DNA from: Gloeobacterales cyanobacterium
Lineage (GTDB): Bacteria > Cyanobacteriota > Cyanobacteriia > Gloeobacterales > PMM-0068
Direction: 5' to 3'
Assembly: GCA_038245785.1 (NCBI GenBank)
Contig: JBBRSB010000001.1
Span: forward strand, 288,001-352,000
Length of the DNA: 64,000 bases
Shown here: piece by piece, positions 9,403 through 21,698 of the stretch
How positions within the stretch are numbered: the first letter of the stretch is position 1
Layout: each line of letters begins with the position of its first letter
Translations under genes and position numbers: made by a program
The notes under the pieces: generated by a model
Told to the model about the DNA's origin: nothing
Database searches by the model: none
What the model saw: the letters and a program-made list of their open reading frames with translations, nothing else

Positions 9403-9963
9403 TCAGCCTCCCAAAGTTGGGGGCTTCCCAGATCCATGCAGGAGGTTCATTTGTTTCAGGTAAGCTGCATAGCCTAAATGCTCCAAACGGGCTTCTTTTT
9501 GGGAGACTTCTTGATTGAGTTGCGCCTGGTAGGCAAGCATTTTATCCAAGAGTTCGGGAATCCCGGTACTGAGGATGCGAATTGCTAAAAGACCAGCATT
9601 TTTTGCATTGCCAATCGCGACAGTGGCCACAGGAATTCCTCCAGGCATTTGCACAATCGAATACAGCGAATCAACCCCACCTAGTTGTTTGGTCGGCACG
9701 GGGACACCAATGACGGGTAGGGGAGATAGAGAAGCGACCATGCCGGGCAGATGAGCAGCACCTCCCGCTCCAGCAATAATCACTTTAATGCCCCGCAGAT
9801 GGGCTTGCTGTGCAAATTGAACCATCATTTCCGGAGTGCGATGGGCCGACACAATTTTTACTTCGTGCGTGACTTCGAAGGCTTCTAAAATCTTGACGGC
9901 TTCACTCATCACGGGCAAGTCCGAATCACTGCCCATAATCACGCTGACTAAACAATTGTCCAC
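9403..9963 (-). CDS. purE: N5-CAIR mutase
   Basis: [39 protein letters not shown]. Confidence 0.97.
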   Translation of the reverse strand: MDNCLVSVIMGSDSDLPVMSEAVKILEAFEVTHEVKIVSAHRTPEMMVQFAQQAHLRGIKVIIAGAGGAAHLPGMVASLSPLPVIGVPVPTKQLGGVDSLYSIVQMPGGIPVATVAIGNAKNAGLLAIRILSTGIPELLDKMLAYQAQLNQEVSQKEARLEHLGYAAYLKQMNLLHGSGKPPTLGG

Positions 9964-9980
9964 GCACTTCTCCGCATTAG

Positions 9981-11153
9981 TTAAACGTTCAGGAGCTTAC
10001 GGGCTTGCCATGCCCGTTGGTAAACCGCTTCCAGATTATCGCCCAAGACAGTGATGTGCCCTAGTTTGCGACTAGGACGAGCCGCCTTGCCGTACCAGTG
10101 AAAGTGCACATCTTCTAGCACTAGGAGCGGTGAGAGGTTGAGCGCACCTGGAGCCTCAACCTCTCCCAAAATGTTGACCATGACTGCTGCCGGACGAACG
10201 AGATCCGTACTGCCCAAGGGCCAATCCAAAATTGCCCGCAAATGTTGTTCAAACTGGCTCGTGACGCACCCTTCAATCGTGAAATGACCTGAATTATGGG
10301 GACGGGGCGCAAGTTCATTAATCCAGAGTTTGCCACTCGTTTCCTGAAAGAGTTCAACAGCGACAATCCCGACTCCTTGCACGGCTTCTACCGCCGCTCG
10401 GGCAAGTTGAGTCGCCTGTTCTTGGAGGGCAGTCGGGATAGCAGCGGGGGCCAAGACCACATGACAAACCTCCCCTACCTGCTGGGTTTCAACAACCGGA
10501 TAGCTCTTGATTTGGCCGGAGGGACTTCGCGCTACGAGAACGGCGAGTTCTCGTTCGAAGGGAATATACTGCTCCACCAAAAGAGGTTGCCGCGCAAATT
10601 TTTTCCAAATCGCATCCCAGTCATCCCCAGGGCGCAAAATAGCGGTCCCTTGCCCGTCATAGCCCTGTTTTCGGGTTTTCAAAACGACAGTTGGCCCATA
10701 GACTTTGGCAAAAGCCAGGAGGTCATCATAGGTTTCTACGCCCTCAAAAGCTGGAACGGGTAAGTCATACTTTTTGAGGTGCTGCCTTTGACCATATTTG
10801 TCCTGAATCCAGGTCAGTGTCTGTGGATGAGGCCAAATTGGAGTAGCGTATTGTTGAGCGATGGCAGCAAGGACCGCCCCATCGACCCATTCGTTTTCTA
10901 CCGTTAGCACATCTGCATGCTGAGCCAAGACTCCCAAAAGCTCAGGGTCTTCCAGACTGCCCACCAGTGCTTGACTCACCTGAGCCGCACTTTCCTGTGG
11001 ATCATTCGCCAAAATTTGGGTCTGAATTCCCATACGGTGGGCCGCTAGAGCCAACATCCGCCCCAACTGTCCCCCACCAATGATGCCTACGCGCTTGCTG
11101 TAGGACTGGAGCGGTTGAGATTCTGTTTTGACCAAAGCTAATGACTGTTCCAA
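9981..11153 (-). CDS. purK: N5-CAIR synthase
   Basis: [33 protein letters not shown]; adjacent to purE. Confidence 0.97.
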   Translation of the reverse strand: MEQSLALVKTESQPLQSYSKRVGIIGGGQLGRMLALAAHRMGIQTQILANDPQESAAQVSQALVGSLEDPELLGVLAQHADVLTVENEWVDGAVLAAIAQQYATPIWPHPQTLTWIQDKYGQRQHLKKYDLPVPAFEGVETYDDLLAFAKVYGPTVVLKTRKQGYDGQGTAILRPGDDWDAIWKKFARQPLLVEQYIPFERELAVLVARSPSGQIKSYPVVETQQVGEVCHVVLAPAAIPTALQEQATQLARAAVEAVQGVGIVAVELFQETSGKLWINELAPRPHNSGHFTIEGCVTSQFEQHLRAILDWPLGSTDLVRPAAVMVNILGEVEAPGALNLSPLLVLEDVHFHWYGKAARPSRKLGHITVLGDNLEAVYQRAWQARKLLNV

Positions 11154-11260
11154 AAGACTAAATGGATACGACCCTGTAATTCTCGCTCAAGTGGGCACTC
11201 TTCCGATGGGTCTATCTTAAGATTTTGCTGCATACATAGATTTTCCGTTTTCCCCTCACC

Positions 11261-11446
11261 TTGCCTGAAGGTTCATGGTTGGGTCCCATTCTGGATATCC
11301 TAAAAATTTCGGCGTACGGTAGAGACTTCATATATGAAGTCTCTACCGTACGCAAACAGGGGATGAATGCCATTGGGTGGAACGGTATGCCCATCCAGAA
11401 ATACAAAATTGCCTAGATATTGTATCGGCAGCACCTGTAGCATGAC
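11261..11446. repeat. Dispersed ~190-bp element with central 42-bp perfect palindrome (copy A)
   Basis: Aligns with 61297-61479; palindrome at 11312-11353. Confidence 0.8.
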
Positions 11447-11496
11447 ATGACCAAGCCCTCTTGCACCATGGCTTCCGTAGGACCCTGCAGGCGGGA

Positions 11497-12606
11497 TTAA
11501 GGGGTGTAGACCGTAGGTCGTGCGGAGCGGGTCCGTTGAATCAATGCTCCTAACTCTGCCAGGTCCTGACCTTCTCGATGGAGCCAGAAGAGGTTGCCCT
11601 CGGCGCGGTGACGATAGATCCAGCCACTCAGCATGTGCACTTCATCCAAGCGGTCCTGAGGTAAGGTAAAACAAGGCTGATCATTGGGTTGTGTATAGTT
11701 TTTTTGATAGAAGCTTTTAAGCTGCTTTCTAATCGTTGGCATGGAAGCCGTGGTGTTGAATTCATGGGTGGCCAGGAGGGTTCCAGATTGTACCCAAAAT
11801 ACTTGAGCCGTTCCCTTGACTTGGCCAGGATAGACCATCACCAGGTCTAAAACGACCCGTTCACGAACCAAATTCTGACGCTGGAGAAATCCCTCTAAGG
11901 CAAACAGACGATTGCGCCACTGGGCAGCCCGTTCAAAAGCTTCTTGCGTAGCACAGGATTCCATTTGTTCATGGAAGTGCTGCAACACCTCTTTGGAGGC
12001 GCTGGCTTCTCCCCGGAGCATAGCCCGTAGCTGTTCTATAGGGGTGTGGTACGCTTCTTCATCCACCCAGCCACGACAAGGGGCTAGACACTTGCCCAAT
12101 TGGTCCAAGAGGCAGCCTTGACGAATCGCGGAAAGGTCCTTACAGGCACGCAGTCCAAGCGCTTCATTCAAGAGACTGGCCATCCAATCAACGGTTCTGG
12201 CCTTGACATAGGGACCATAGTATTCGGCCCCATCATTCCTCAGGCTCCGCGTCAAATGCAGCCGAGGGAAGGGCTCGTGGACTGTGAGGCGTAAAAAAGG
12301 ATAGTGCTGATAGCGACGCTGTAACCGATTAAAGGGCGGCAAATGCTTCTTGATCAGCTGATTTTCTAAGATGAGCGCGGCTAGCTCAGAGCCAGTGGAG
12401 GCTATCTCCACCGTAGAAGCTTCAAATTTCAGGCGTTGGGTCGGACGAGAGTGGCCCCCTTCCTTGCGAAAGTAAGACCGGACACGGGTTTTAAGCTTTA
12501 CAGATTTGCCGACATAGAGAATCTCTTCTCGGCAATTGCGGAATAGATAAATACCTGGAGTGTCCGGCAATTCTGCCAGTTGGTCGATGGAAACGCGCAC
12601 AGACAC
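11497..12606 (-). CDS. UvrC/Cho-like GIY-YIG excinuclease (no C-terminal HhH region)
   Basis: PDTPGIYLF..LYVGKS..RVRSYF, Cys cluster, UVR motif FERAAQWRN. Confidence 0.85.
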   Translation of the reverse strand: MSVRVSIDQLAELPDTPGIYLFRNCREEILYVGKSVKLKTRVRSYFRKEGGHSRPTQRLKFEASTVEIASTGSELAALILENQLIKKHLPPFNRLQRRYQHYPFLRLTVHEPFPRLHLTRSLRNDGAEYYGPYVKARTVDWMASLLNEALGLRACKDLSAIRQGCLLDQLGKCLAPCRGWVDEEAYHTPIEQLRAMLRGEASASKEVLQHFHEQMESCATQEAFERAAQWRNRLFALEGFLQRQNLVRERVVLDLVMVYPGQVKGTAQVFWVQSGTLLATHEFNTTASMPTIRKQLKSFYQKNYTQPNDQPCFTLPQDRLDEVHMLSGWIYRHRAEGNLFWLHREGQDLAELGALIQRTRSARPTVYTP

Positions 12607-12659
12607 TGATCCGTTTTTACAGATTGAAAAGTAAAACAGGGATTTGGATGAGTCCAGGC

Positions 12660-12767
12660 CTAGTCAGGCTCGCCCTCAATAAATATGTACAGGGCGATAA
12701 GCGAAATCACAGGGAACACCAACCCGACGGCATAGACCAGGAAGGGATATACATTCGCACCAGGCAT
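12660..12767 (-). CDS. psaI: Photosystem I subunit VIII (PsaI/PsaZ-like), 35 aa
   Basis: Not in the ORF track. MPGANVYPFLVYAVGLVFPVISLIALYIFIEGEPD: one TM helix with the P..FP..L..YIE-like pattern; AAGGAAG RBS upstream. Confidence 0.75.
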   Translation of the reverse strand: MPGANVYPFLVYAVGLVFPVISLIALYIFIEGEPD

Positions 12768-12869
12768 AGAAGTCTTCCTTTAAACAACTTGCTAGGGTAG
12801 TGTACTGGTGGGGTCTAAGCAAAAAGCGCCCTGTACATACTTCTTTACAACATTCGGCTTCTTAACAAT

Positions 12870-13364
12870 ATGGATCTCTATTTCATCCGCCACGGAATCG
12901 CTGTGAAACGAGGCACTACGGGCCTTGATGATGAGCAGCGTCCGCTTACCCCAGAAGGTAGGCGCAAAACTGCTCTAATTGCCCAGAATTTAGAGCATCG
13001 TGGTATTCGCTTTCAATATCTTTTAGTAAGCCCCTTAGTGCGCGCTCAGCAAACCGCTGTTATTTTGGAAAAATGTGGATTAAGCAAGACCTTCGATACC
13101 TATCTTCCCCTTGCGCCAGGAGGTTCTCTGGAACAGTTTAGGCAGGAGTGGCTGTCAAAGCCAGACCTCAAAAGTGTTGCTTTGGTAGGCCATGAACCAG
13201 ATTTAAGCGGATGGGCAGAGATGATACTCTTGGGAGAGGTTCATGGCATCTTGCACTTAAAGAAGGCTGGACTGATTAAAATCTCTTTGGAAGAGCCAGA
13301 ACGGGACAAAGCAAAGTTAGTTCTGGTTCTCTCACCCAAAGTTTTGATAGAAGCTCAAGGTTAG
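12870..13364 (+). CDS. sixA: Phosphohistidine phosphatase SixA
   Basis: LYFIRHGIA, RPLT, SPLVRAQQTA, LVGHEP. Confidence 0.92.
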   Translation: MDLYFIRHGIAVKRGTTGLDDEQRPLTPEGRRKTALIAQNLEHRGIRFQYLLVSPLVRAQQTAVILEKCGLSKTFDTYLPLAPGGSLEQFRQEWLSKPDLKSVALVGHEPDLSGWAEMILLGEVHGILHLKKAGLIKISLEEPERDKAKLVLVLSPKVLIEAQG

Positions 13365-13371
13365 ATTCGCT

Positions 13372-13782
13372 GTGAAACCGGAACCTATTGATCTCCAGGA
13401 ACAATATCCCTGTCCACGCTGTAAGAAGGGCAATCTCCAAGCCATCGTTCTGACAGAGGCTTTTGGCTGCGACCGCTGCCAGCAGATTTTCGGATTGAGC
13501 GAAGACAATCAGACCATAGAGCAGCTTTCGACAAGCTATCCCTATACCAAGACCTGGCAATGGGTTTCAGAAGGCTGGCGTAGTAAAGACCGTGGTTTGA
13601 GCGAGAACTATCTTCCTTTGGTTTTAGGCTCTCTTGCCATTCCTCTACTTATGACATTCTGGCTGCCTCGATATTTTCAACTACCGCCCGGACCTGGAGT
13701 TGTATTGTGGATTACGATCACTTTTTTAGTAATGACCCTGCCGTCTCTCATGCTGTGGCTGGTTTTCCGGGATAGTCGCTAA
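13372..13782 (+). CDS. Cyanobacterial Zn-ribbon membrane protein
   Basis: CPRC...CDRC followed by two TM segments. Confidence 0.7.
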   Translation: MKPEPIDLQEQYPCPRCKKGNLQAIVLTEAFGCDRCQQIFGLSEDNQTIEQLSTSYPYTKTWQWVSEGWRSKDRGLSENYLPLVLGSLAIPLLMTFWLPRYFQLPPGPGVVLWITITFLVMTLPSLMLWLVFRDSR

Positions 13783-13901
13783 ATGCAACCTTGGACACAT
13801 CACATTCCTAGGATATTCTGGTAAAAGTTAAGAACTCTTCACGACGCCAGCTTCCTGGTTGTTCGTCTTAGTCCTAACCAGTCCTAGCGTTGTTATTCTG
13901 A

Positions 13902-15188
<1,287 letters not shown>

Positions 15189-15219
15189 GTTTTCTTTGTG
15201 GACGACTCACTGAATAACG

Positions 15220-15242
15220 AACGGCCTCCGGGCCGTTTTTTA
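15220..15242 (+). terminator. Rho-independent terminator after ahcY
   Basis: AACGGCC-TCCG-GGCCGTT followed by a T run. Confidence 0.7.
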
Positions 15243-15327
15243 TTGTTCAGCGAAAAAATAGGCAATCTTACCGAGGGAGGGAATCCAGCCTCACATCCCT
15301 CTCAGATCCCTCAGGTAAACAACTAAC

Positions 15328-15678
15328 CTATCTTTTCCGATTACCTCTACATGCATCTCGGTTCTGTTCTTGCTGGATAAGCGCTCCAGCACCAGCACCC
15401 ACGGCTCCACCGATAAGGCCACCGCCCGTTAGTAACCCAGCCCCAGCCCCATAGGCCGCTCCTTTGGTTACATTATTATTACGCTCGTCGGAACCACAGG
15501 AAAGATTAGGACTGAGCACGCTATTAATTCCCGTATTCCTTTGAGACTGTTCGGTACTGGCACCCGCCTCATATCGCTTGGACTTTGCTTCTGCAGAGGA
15601 AACGGAAGCAAACGGCAGTATGGACAATGCCAATAAACCAGCGAAAACTACATTGCAAACTTTGCTCACTTTCATCAT
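15328..15678 (-). CDS. Small secreted glycine-zipper protein
   Basis: Signal peptide; KGAAYGAGAGLLTGGGLIGGAVGAGAGALI. Confidence 0.7.
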   Translation of the reverse strand: MMKVSKVCNVVFAGLLALSILPFASVSSAEAKSKRYEAGASTEQSQRNTGINSVLSPNLSCGSDERNNNVTKGAAYGAGAGLLTGGGLIGGAVGAGAGALIQQEQNRDACRGNRKR

Positions 15679-15917
15679 TTATTTCCCTTACCTCAGGGCA
15701 CAAATAGATACACAAGCTAAGATTTCTGTATCCTAAGCTTGGACTCATGGTTACAGAGCAAAACTAACATTCTGCCCTAACTAGATCATCCACCATTTGG
15801 AAGATGACTGCAATAGTCAATTTCTTCAAAGTAGCCCTGAAAAAAGAAAGTACAGGAGAAACATTGTGCCTAATATAAAAGTACATAGATAAGCCCGCTG
15901 CACTGTAGAGAAATATT

Positions 15918-17303
15918 ATGAAACCGCTAAAATCGCTTGATGGTCCCAAGGATCTACCGCTGTGGCAGCTTATTCAGTGGATTGCCCATCCTCTTCAGTA
16001 TCTAGAGCGTAATGCCCATCGCTATGGTGACCGCTTTAGAGGAAGCTTTCTGCGTTTCCCTAATATTGTTTTCTTGAGCGATCCAGAAGCTCTTGAAAAA
16101 CTTTTTACCGAGAATCCTGAACAGTTTGATGGGGGCTGTGCGAACACTTTAATCAAGCCGATACTGGGCAACAATTCACTCTTGATGCTCGATGGGGAAC
16201 GACACAAGCGCCATCGGCAGCTCTTGATGCCTCCCTTTCATGGGGACCGGATGCGGGCTTACGGGCAGCTTATTTGCCAGATTACGGAACAGGTTACGGA
16301 CCAATGGACGGAGAACAAACCTTTTCTGGCGCGTTCTGCTATGCAGGCAATCTCGCTGCAAGTGATGCTCCGAGCTGTATTTGGTTTGGAAGAAGGAGAA
16401 CGATACCGACAACTCCAGCAACTCCTCAGTTCTTTACTGGAATTATCACTCTCCTCGCTGGGGAATATTCTGCTTTTCTTTCCCTTTGCCCAGCGTGATT
16501 TGGGCTCTTGGAGTCCTTGGGGACGCTTCCTAGAGCAGAAACGACGCATCAACCAGCTAATTTACGCTGAGATCCGGGAACGTCGGGCACAGCCTAATTC
16601 TTCCCGTACCGATATTCTCAGCGTCCTGATGGCTGCCCGTGATGCAGAGGGACAGCCAATGACGGAGGAAGAACTGCTAGACGAATTGATGACGCTTTTG
16701 GTGGCGGGTCATGAAACAACGGCAACGGCGCTCACCTGGGCCTTGTATTGGATTCACCATCTACCAGATGTCAAAGCAAAGCTTTTGCATGAGTTGGATA
16801 CACTAGGAAAAAACCCTGACCCTAGCGATATTACGCGGCTTCCCTATCTGAGTGCCATCTGTTCAGAAACGCTGCGCATCTATCCGGTTGCGATTATTCC
16901 TACCCCGCGCATAGTTCTCTCCCCGATTGCGTTCTTGGGTTATGAATTTGAACCGGGGACGCTGCTAATCCCCTCTATTTACTCGGCCCATCACCGTCAG
17001 CAAACCTATCCCAACCCGAAACAATTCAGACCGGAAAGATTTCTGGAACGTCAATTTTCGCCCTATGAATACTTGCCCTTTGGCGGGAGTAACCGTCGTT
17101 GTATTGGGGCCGCGTTTGCCCTCTTCGAGATGAAACTGATTCTGGCTACGGTGATGTCGCACTTCCAGTTAGCTCTGGCTGATGATAAGACTGTTCAACC
17201 TGTGCGCCGTGGGCCTACGATCGCTCCTGGCAGTGGTGTGCCGATGGTGATGACGGGTAAGCGTTCAGAGAAAGAACGTTTAGTCCCTGTTTCTGCGAAG
17301 TAA
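15918..17303 (+). CDS. Cytochrome P450 (CYP110-like)
   Basis: AGHETT, ETLR, PERF, PFGGSNRRCIG heme motif. Confidence 0.96.
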   Translation: MKPLKSLDGPKDLPLWQLIQWIAHPLQYLERNAHRYGDRFRGSFLRFPNIVFLSDPEALEKLFTENPEQFDGGCANTLIKPILGNNSLLMLDGERHKRHRQLLMPPFHGDRMRAYGQLICQITEQVTDQWTENKPFLARSAMQAISLQVMLRAVFGLEEGERYRQLQQLLSSLLELSLSSLGNILLFFPFAQRDLGSWSPWGRFLEQKRRINQLIYAEIRERRAQPNSSRTDILSVLMAARDAEGQPMTEEELLDELMTLLVAGHETTATALTWALYWIHHLPDVKAKLLHELDTLGKNPDPSDITRLPYLSAICSETLRIYPVAIIPTPRIVLSPIAFLGYEFEPGTLLIPSIYSAHHRQQTYPNPKQFRPERFLERQFSPYEYLPFGGSNRRCIGAAFALFEMKLILATVMSHFQLALADDKTVQPVRRGPTIAPGSGVPMVMTGKRSEKERLVPVSAK

Positions 17304-17351
17304 CCTTCCTATGAGTTTGTTCATCCTCGTTAAGGACGCGACGGCGACCGA

Positions 17352-17828
17352 TTAATCGGGATACCAGAACATCCCTTTGATACCTTCTGGATCTTGCACA
17401 AAGCCGAGGCGGCGATAGAAATCCACGACCTGAGGGTCGGCGAAGAGGGTGACATTGCTGATGTCTGCGCTGCGCAACTCCATAATCACGCGGTCTACCA
17501 GCTTTTTGCCTAAACCTTTGCTCTGATAGTCGGGATGGACCACCACATCCCAAAGCGTGGCATTAAAAGCATGATCCGAAGTGGCGCGGGCAAAACCAAC
17601 CAATCGCTTGTAGTCATTGCGGCTATGGTACATGGATACCACGCAGAAGCTGTGGTCAATCGCTTTTTTGACCTTTTTGATCGGTCTACGCGACCAGCCG
17701 ACGGCATCACAGAGCTCTTCTAATTCGTAAAGGTCAATCTCTCGGTCGGTGGAGAAGGAAATGCTGCCAGTATCTTCAGACAGATTTTCATCTTCTACGC
17801 TAGGGAAAAACTTTTTCCAAAAACTCAT
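17352..17828 (-). CDS. GNAT N-acetyltransferase (Ycf52-like)
   Basis: [41 protein letters not shown]. Confidence 0.88.
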   Translation of the reverse strand: MSFWKKFFPSVEDENLSEDTGSISFSTDREIDLYELEELCDAVGWSRRPIKKVKKAIDHSFCVVSMYHSRNDYKRLVGFARATSDHAFNATLWDVVVHPDYQSKGLGKKLVDRVIMELRSADISNVTLFADPQVVDFYRRLGFVQDPEGIKGMFWYPD

Positions 17829-17944
17829 AGTGTTGGGGACGGTCGCTATTCAGTAGTGTACTCCGTACCTACCGCTTGCGTCGTTCTTTCCTAGGGAATA
17901 AGGTTGCCTGATTGTGGGATCGTTTTTAGCCCAATTGTGTTTCA

Positions 17945-18880
17945 TTACTTGGCAAAGGCCGCGCGTAGAGTCGCGCTAGTTTCTTCCACGGCGGCTCTTG
18001 CTTGGTCTACCACTCCTGTCATATGGAAAAACAGGTGAATCATTCCCTCGTAGCGAATCTGCGTCACAGCCACATCATCTTCTCGAAGCCTCTCTGCATA
18101 ATGCTCACCCTCATCTCTCAAAAGATCGTACTGAGCGGTGATCACTAAGGCTGGGGGTAAATTCTTTAAACTTTTTACCCACAAGGGAGATAGATAGGAG
18201 TTTTTCAAGTCAGTCTCTTGGGTTAGATAGTGATTGAAAAACCAACGCATAGTTTCTCGGTCAAGCAAGGTTCCATCAGATTTTTCTTGGTAAGAAGCAC
18301 TGCTACAGGTTGCATCTAACACGGGATAAATCAAGACTTGATATGCCAGGGAAGGGCCGCCTTTGTCCCGTGCCATGAGGGCAACAACCGCCGCTAAGTT
18401 GCCCCCGGCACTATCGCCGCCCACCGCGATCCGGGTTGCATCAGCCCCTATTTCTGCTGCGTGCTCCGCAAGCCACTGAGTCGCAGCATACGCATCTTCT
18501 ATAGCTGTCGGAAATTTACACTCTGGAGCGCGCTGATAATCGACGGCAGCAACGATACAGCCAGCTCTATTCGCGAGCAGGCGGCAAAGTTGATCATGGG
18601 TTTCGAGATCGCCTACAACAAATCCGCCACCATGGAAGAACACTAAGAGCGGGAAAGGCTCCTCCCCGTCTGGTGTATAAACCCTCAACGAAATAGCTTG
18701 GGTGGGCCCTGGAATGGAAAGATTTTCAACTTTATGAACGGGCTCTGGTTCGCCTGCTAATCGGCGCATACCCATGTAAAACTGACGTGCTTCCACAGGT
18801 GGCAAACTCCTCAGAGGAGGTGCAGCTCCCATATGCGCAAGCAGCGCTTGGACCTGTGGATTTAAGGGAGATGTTGCCAT
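17945..18880 (-). CDS. HSL-family esterase/lipase
   Basis: HGGGF, GDSAGG, DLLRDEG, H. Confidence 0.93.
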   Translation of the reverse strand: MATSPLNPQVQALLAHMGAAPPLRSLPPVEARQFYMGMRRLAGEPEPVHKVENLSIPGPTQAISLRVYTPDGEEPFPLLVFFHGGGFVVGDLETHDQLCRLLANRAGCIVAAVDYQRAPECKFPTAIEDAYAATQWLAEHAAEIGADATRIAVGGDSAGGNLAAVVALMARDKGGPSLAYQVLIYPVLDATCSSASYQEKSDGTLLDRETMRWFFNHYLTQETDLKNSYLSPLWVKSLKNLPPALVITAQYDLLRDEGEHYAERLREDDVAVTQIRYEGMIHLFFHMTGVVDQARAAVEETSATLRAAFAK

Positions 18881-18978
18881 GGTTGCTTCATAGATGACCG
18901 GAGAAGTCTAATAAAAACAGCCCCTGCTGTCTGTTCTTCAGGTCTCTGCAAAGTCGACAGATTCTATACAGTCAGGGG

Positions 18979-19449
18979 CTAACCCAACATTTCAATGCCG
19001 TGCTTTTGACCGACCGAGACCATTCTTTTCATATCCAAAGGCCCCTCAACCGCCGCCAGATCTTCTAAAAAATTCTGAAACCATGCCGAAACCGTGACGA
19101 TCAGGAGCCTGCCTCTGGTTTCTCCTACATTCTTATAGCCATGGGCAACTCCAGGAGGAATATGGATGTAGTCTCCAGCCGTTGCCTGAATCGTCTCTTC
19201 TGGCTGGGCTCCAAAAAACTCGAAGGATCCTGCGTGAACATAGAAAGTTTCTGAAGTATGTCTGTGGAGCGGTGCCCCTCCGCCGGGCGGAGTCATAATT
19301 TCTATGAGAGCAGCTTCTGCTGCATCATGCTCAGCTACTGCAACTTTGAAAATAATTTGGCCGCCATTCACGGAAATAGTCTTGCCCTCACCCGGTCGGA
19401 TCAGTTTGAGCGTGTGCTGAGTGGTCATAATTTTCACCCCGATTTGCAT
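18979..19449 (-). CDS. Cupin domain protein
   Basis: PLHRH..ETFYV, GD...IPPGVAHGYKN; true start may be MTTQH. Confidence 0.85.
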   Translation of the reverse strand: MQIGVKIMTTQHTLKLIRPGEGKTISVNGGQIIFKVAVAEHDAAEAALIEIMTPPGGGAPLHRHTSETFYVHAGSFEFFGAQPEETIQATAGDYIHIPPGVAHGYKNVGETRGRLLIVTVSAWFQNFLEDLAAVEGPLDMKRMVSVGQKHGIEMLG

Positions 19450-19530
19450 CCTGTAGATACTCTATCGTTTGTCTCTGTCGGCTTGACATTGTAGATGCGA
19501 TAATCACATGGGCCTCTTTTGTAATTTCTC

Positions 19531-20679
19531 ATGTCATCCAAGCTGCCTGCTCTTCTAGTCCTTGAGGACGGTACAACTTTTCGGGGCTTTTCCTTTGGGG
19601 CGACCGGGACGACCACGGGCGAGCTGGTTTTTAATACGGGAATGACGGGCTACCAGGAAGTGCTCACGGACCCTAGCTACTGCGGCCAAATTGTAACGTT
19701 TACCTATCCGGAATTAGGGAATACAGGGATTAATCCGGAGGACGTGGAATCCAGCAAGCTTCAAGTCCGGGGAATCGTTGCGCGCAATATTGCCCAACGA
19801 CCTTCCAATTGGAGGTCTACGGCTTCGCTGACGGAACATTTACAGCAAGAGGGGATTGTCGGCATTGCCGGGGTGGATACAAGGGCTTTAACCCGTCATC
19901 TACGGACCCAAGGATCGATGAATGGAGCCATTTCTACAGAAATCCTAGACCCAGAAAAGCTCCTAACCCAAGCTAAAGCTGCTCCTTCGATGAAAGGCCG
20001 GGATTTAGTGCCTGAGGTAACGACGGCTAACTCTTATACCTGGGAAGACCAAGGGGACAGTCAATGGGAATTCCGAGCTGGCAAGACAGAAACCGGGACA
20101 GAAACTCCCCAATCCCTAAAAGTGGTGGCCTTGGATTTTGGGATTAAGTGGAATATCCTGCGTCGTTTGGTTTCCTATGGCTGCGAAGTGGTCGTGTTGC
20201 CAGCTACGAGCACCCTTGAAGAGATTATGAGTCATCAGCCCGATGGTATTTTTCTCTCCAATGGTCCTGGGGACCCAGCGGCGGTGACCTACGGCATTGA
20301 TACGGTGAAGCAATTGTTGGAGGTGGGCAAACCTGTTTTTGGTATCTGTTTGGGCCATCAAATCCTCGGTTTAGCGTTGGGGGGTAAAACCCACAAGCTC
20401 AAGTTTGGACATCGAGGGCTGAATCAGCCTGCGTCGTTTAATTCAAGGGTGGAAATTACCAGTCAGAATCATGGCTTTGTAGTAGATTCTGACTCTTTCC
20501 AAAATATGGATGTAGAAATCACTCACCTCAATCTGAATGACAACACCGTAGAAGGATTACGGCACCGCAGCCTGCCTGTTTTTTCTGTGCAATATCACCC
20601 TGAAGCCTCTCCTGGCCCCCATGATGCTGACTATTTGTTTGCTGAGTTTGTAGAAGAGATGAAGAAAGTTAAGGCTTAA
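19531..20679 (+). CDS. carA: Carbamoyl-phosphate synthase small subunit
   Basis: [43 protein letters not shown]. Confidence 0.98.
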   Translation: MSSKLPALLVLEDGTTFRGFSFGATGTTTGELVFNTGMTGYQEVLTDPSYCGQIVTFTYPELGNTGINPEDVESSKLQVRGIVARNIAQRPSNWRSTASLTEHLQQEGIVGIAGVDTRALTRHLRTQGSMNGAISTEILDPEKLLTQAKAAPSMKGRDLVPEVTTANSYTWEDQGDSQWEFRAGKTETGTETPQSLKVVALDFGIKWNILRRLVSYGCEVVVLPATSTLEEIMSHQPDGIFLSNGPGDPAAVTYGIDTVKQLLEVGKPVFGICLGHQILGLALGGKTHKLKFGHRGLNQPASFNSRVEITSQNHGFVVDSDSFQNMDVEITHLNLNDNTVEGLRHRSLPVFSVQYHPEASPGPHDADYLFAEFVEEMKKVKA

Positions 20680-20789
20680 CTCAGGAACCATGCGGTAGGG
20701 TAGTTCATCAAGCCTTCCATCTTCCCCTGAGCCATAAGGCATGAGGCTTCTACCCCCTTTCTGAAGGATGTGTTACCATTCTTAACATA

Positions 20790-21617
20790 TTGATACTCCT
20801 CTTAAAAATGCCCTCTTTACGCAGCTTCATAGTTCTACTGGCTTTGATCTTCGCTACTCCAGCCCATGCAGAAATCACACTGCCCCAGCCTGCCCGTCCG
20901 GTTGTAGACCTTACGGATACACTCACGGCAAAAGATGAGCAACAATTAACCAAAACTATTATCAAGCTTGAGAAAGACCTAAATTGGAAGGTCCGAATTC
21001 TCACCGTAAACCTCAAAAAGTACAGGCCTGGTGCTGACCCCGAGACGCTGAAAGACGAAACCCCAGGCCGTGCGGTGAAACCCTACTGGGGCTTGGATGA
21101 CCGTTCTATTCTCGTGGTTATGAACACTCGTGAAGACAATCCCCTGAATTTCAATGTTGGAGATGGATATCGGCAGACTTTGCCTAGAGTTTTCTGGAGA
21201 GAACTACAGGCTCGTTATGGCAACAAATTCTATGTAGCCGAGCATGGCCGCTCCCAGGCGATGCTAGCAACCGTCAGTGCTATTGATGAATCTCTACGCC
21301 AGGGCGGTAGGCCCTCTGTCCCTGGTTTGACCTCAGACCATCAGCTATTTACCTTTGTTCTTTCATTGATTGGCGGTCTGGTGGCAGGCTTTGCCAGTCA
21401 TCCCCGCAGCAAAGGTGAACGTTTTAATTGGAAAGGGTTTCTTATCTCTGCACCCCTCTGGGCCATTCTCTTTGTGTCTTTTGGCATCGGTCCTGTCGTC
21501 ACCCGAACAACTGATTTTCTACCCTTAGCCCAAAATATCGGTGGCTTTGTATTAGGCATGATCATCGCCTTATTGATTCCGACCCCAAAAAGAGCGAAGC
21601 AAATCAATCAGTATTAG
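20790..21617 (+). CDS. TPM-domain membrane protein
   Basis: PVVDLTDTL, ELQARYGNKFYV, C-terminal TM helices; true start probably MPSLRS. Confidence 0.75.
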   Translation: MILLLKMPSLRSFIVLLALIFATPAHAEITLPQPARPVVDLTDTLTAKDEQQLTKTIIKLEKDLNWKVRILTVNLKKYRPGADPETLKDETPGRAVKPYWGLDDRSILVVMNTREDNPLNFNVGDGYRQTLPRVFWRELQARYGNKFYVAEHGRSQAMLATVSAIDESLRQGGRPSVPGLTSDHQLFTFVLSLIGGLVAGFASHPRSKGERFNWKGFLISAPLWAILFVSFGIGPVVTRTTDFLPLAQNIGGFVLGMIIALLIPTPKRAKQINQY

Positions 21618-21669
21618 ATCTCTTGAGATGCCCCAAGCTAACAAGAACTTTAATCCTGTAAGGGCTTTG

Positions 21670-21695
21670 CCCCCTTATTAAGGGGGGTTGGGGGG
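21670..21695. repeat. C/G-run REP-like hairpin between convergent genes
   Basis: CCCCCTTATTAAGGGGGG-TTGGGGGG. Confidence 0.7.
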
Positions 21696-21698
21696 CTC

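Noticed and set aside
9102..9437. 111-aa ORF as a functional gene
   Set aside because: It reads through the inverted repeats and a deleted nuclease remnant, so it is treated as part of the element
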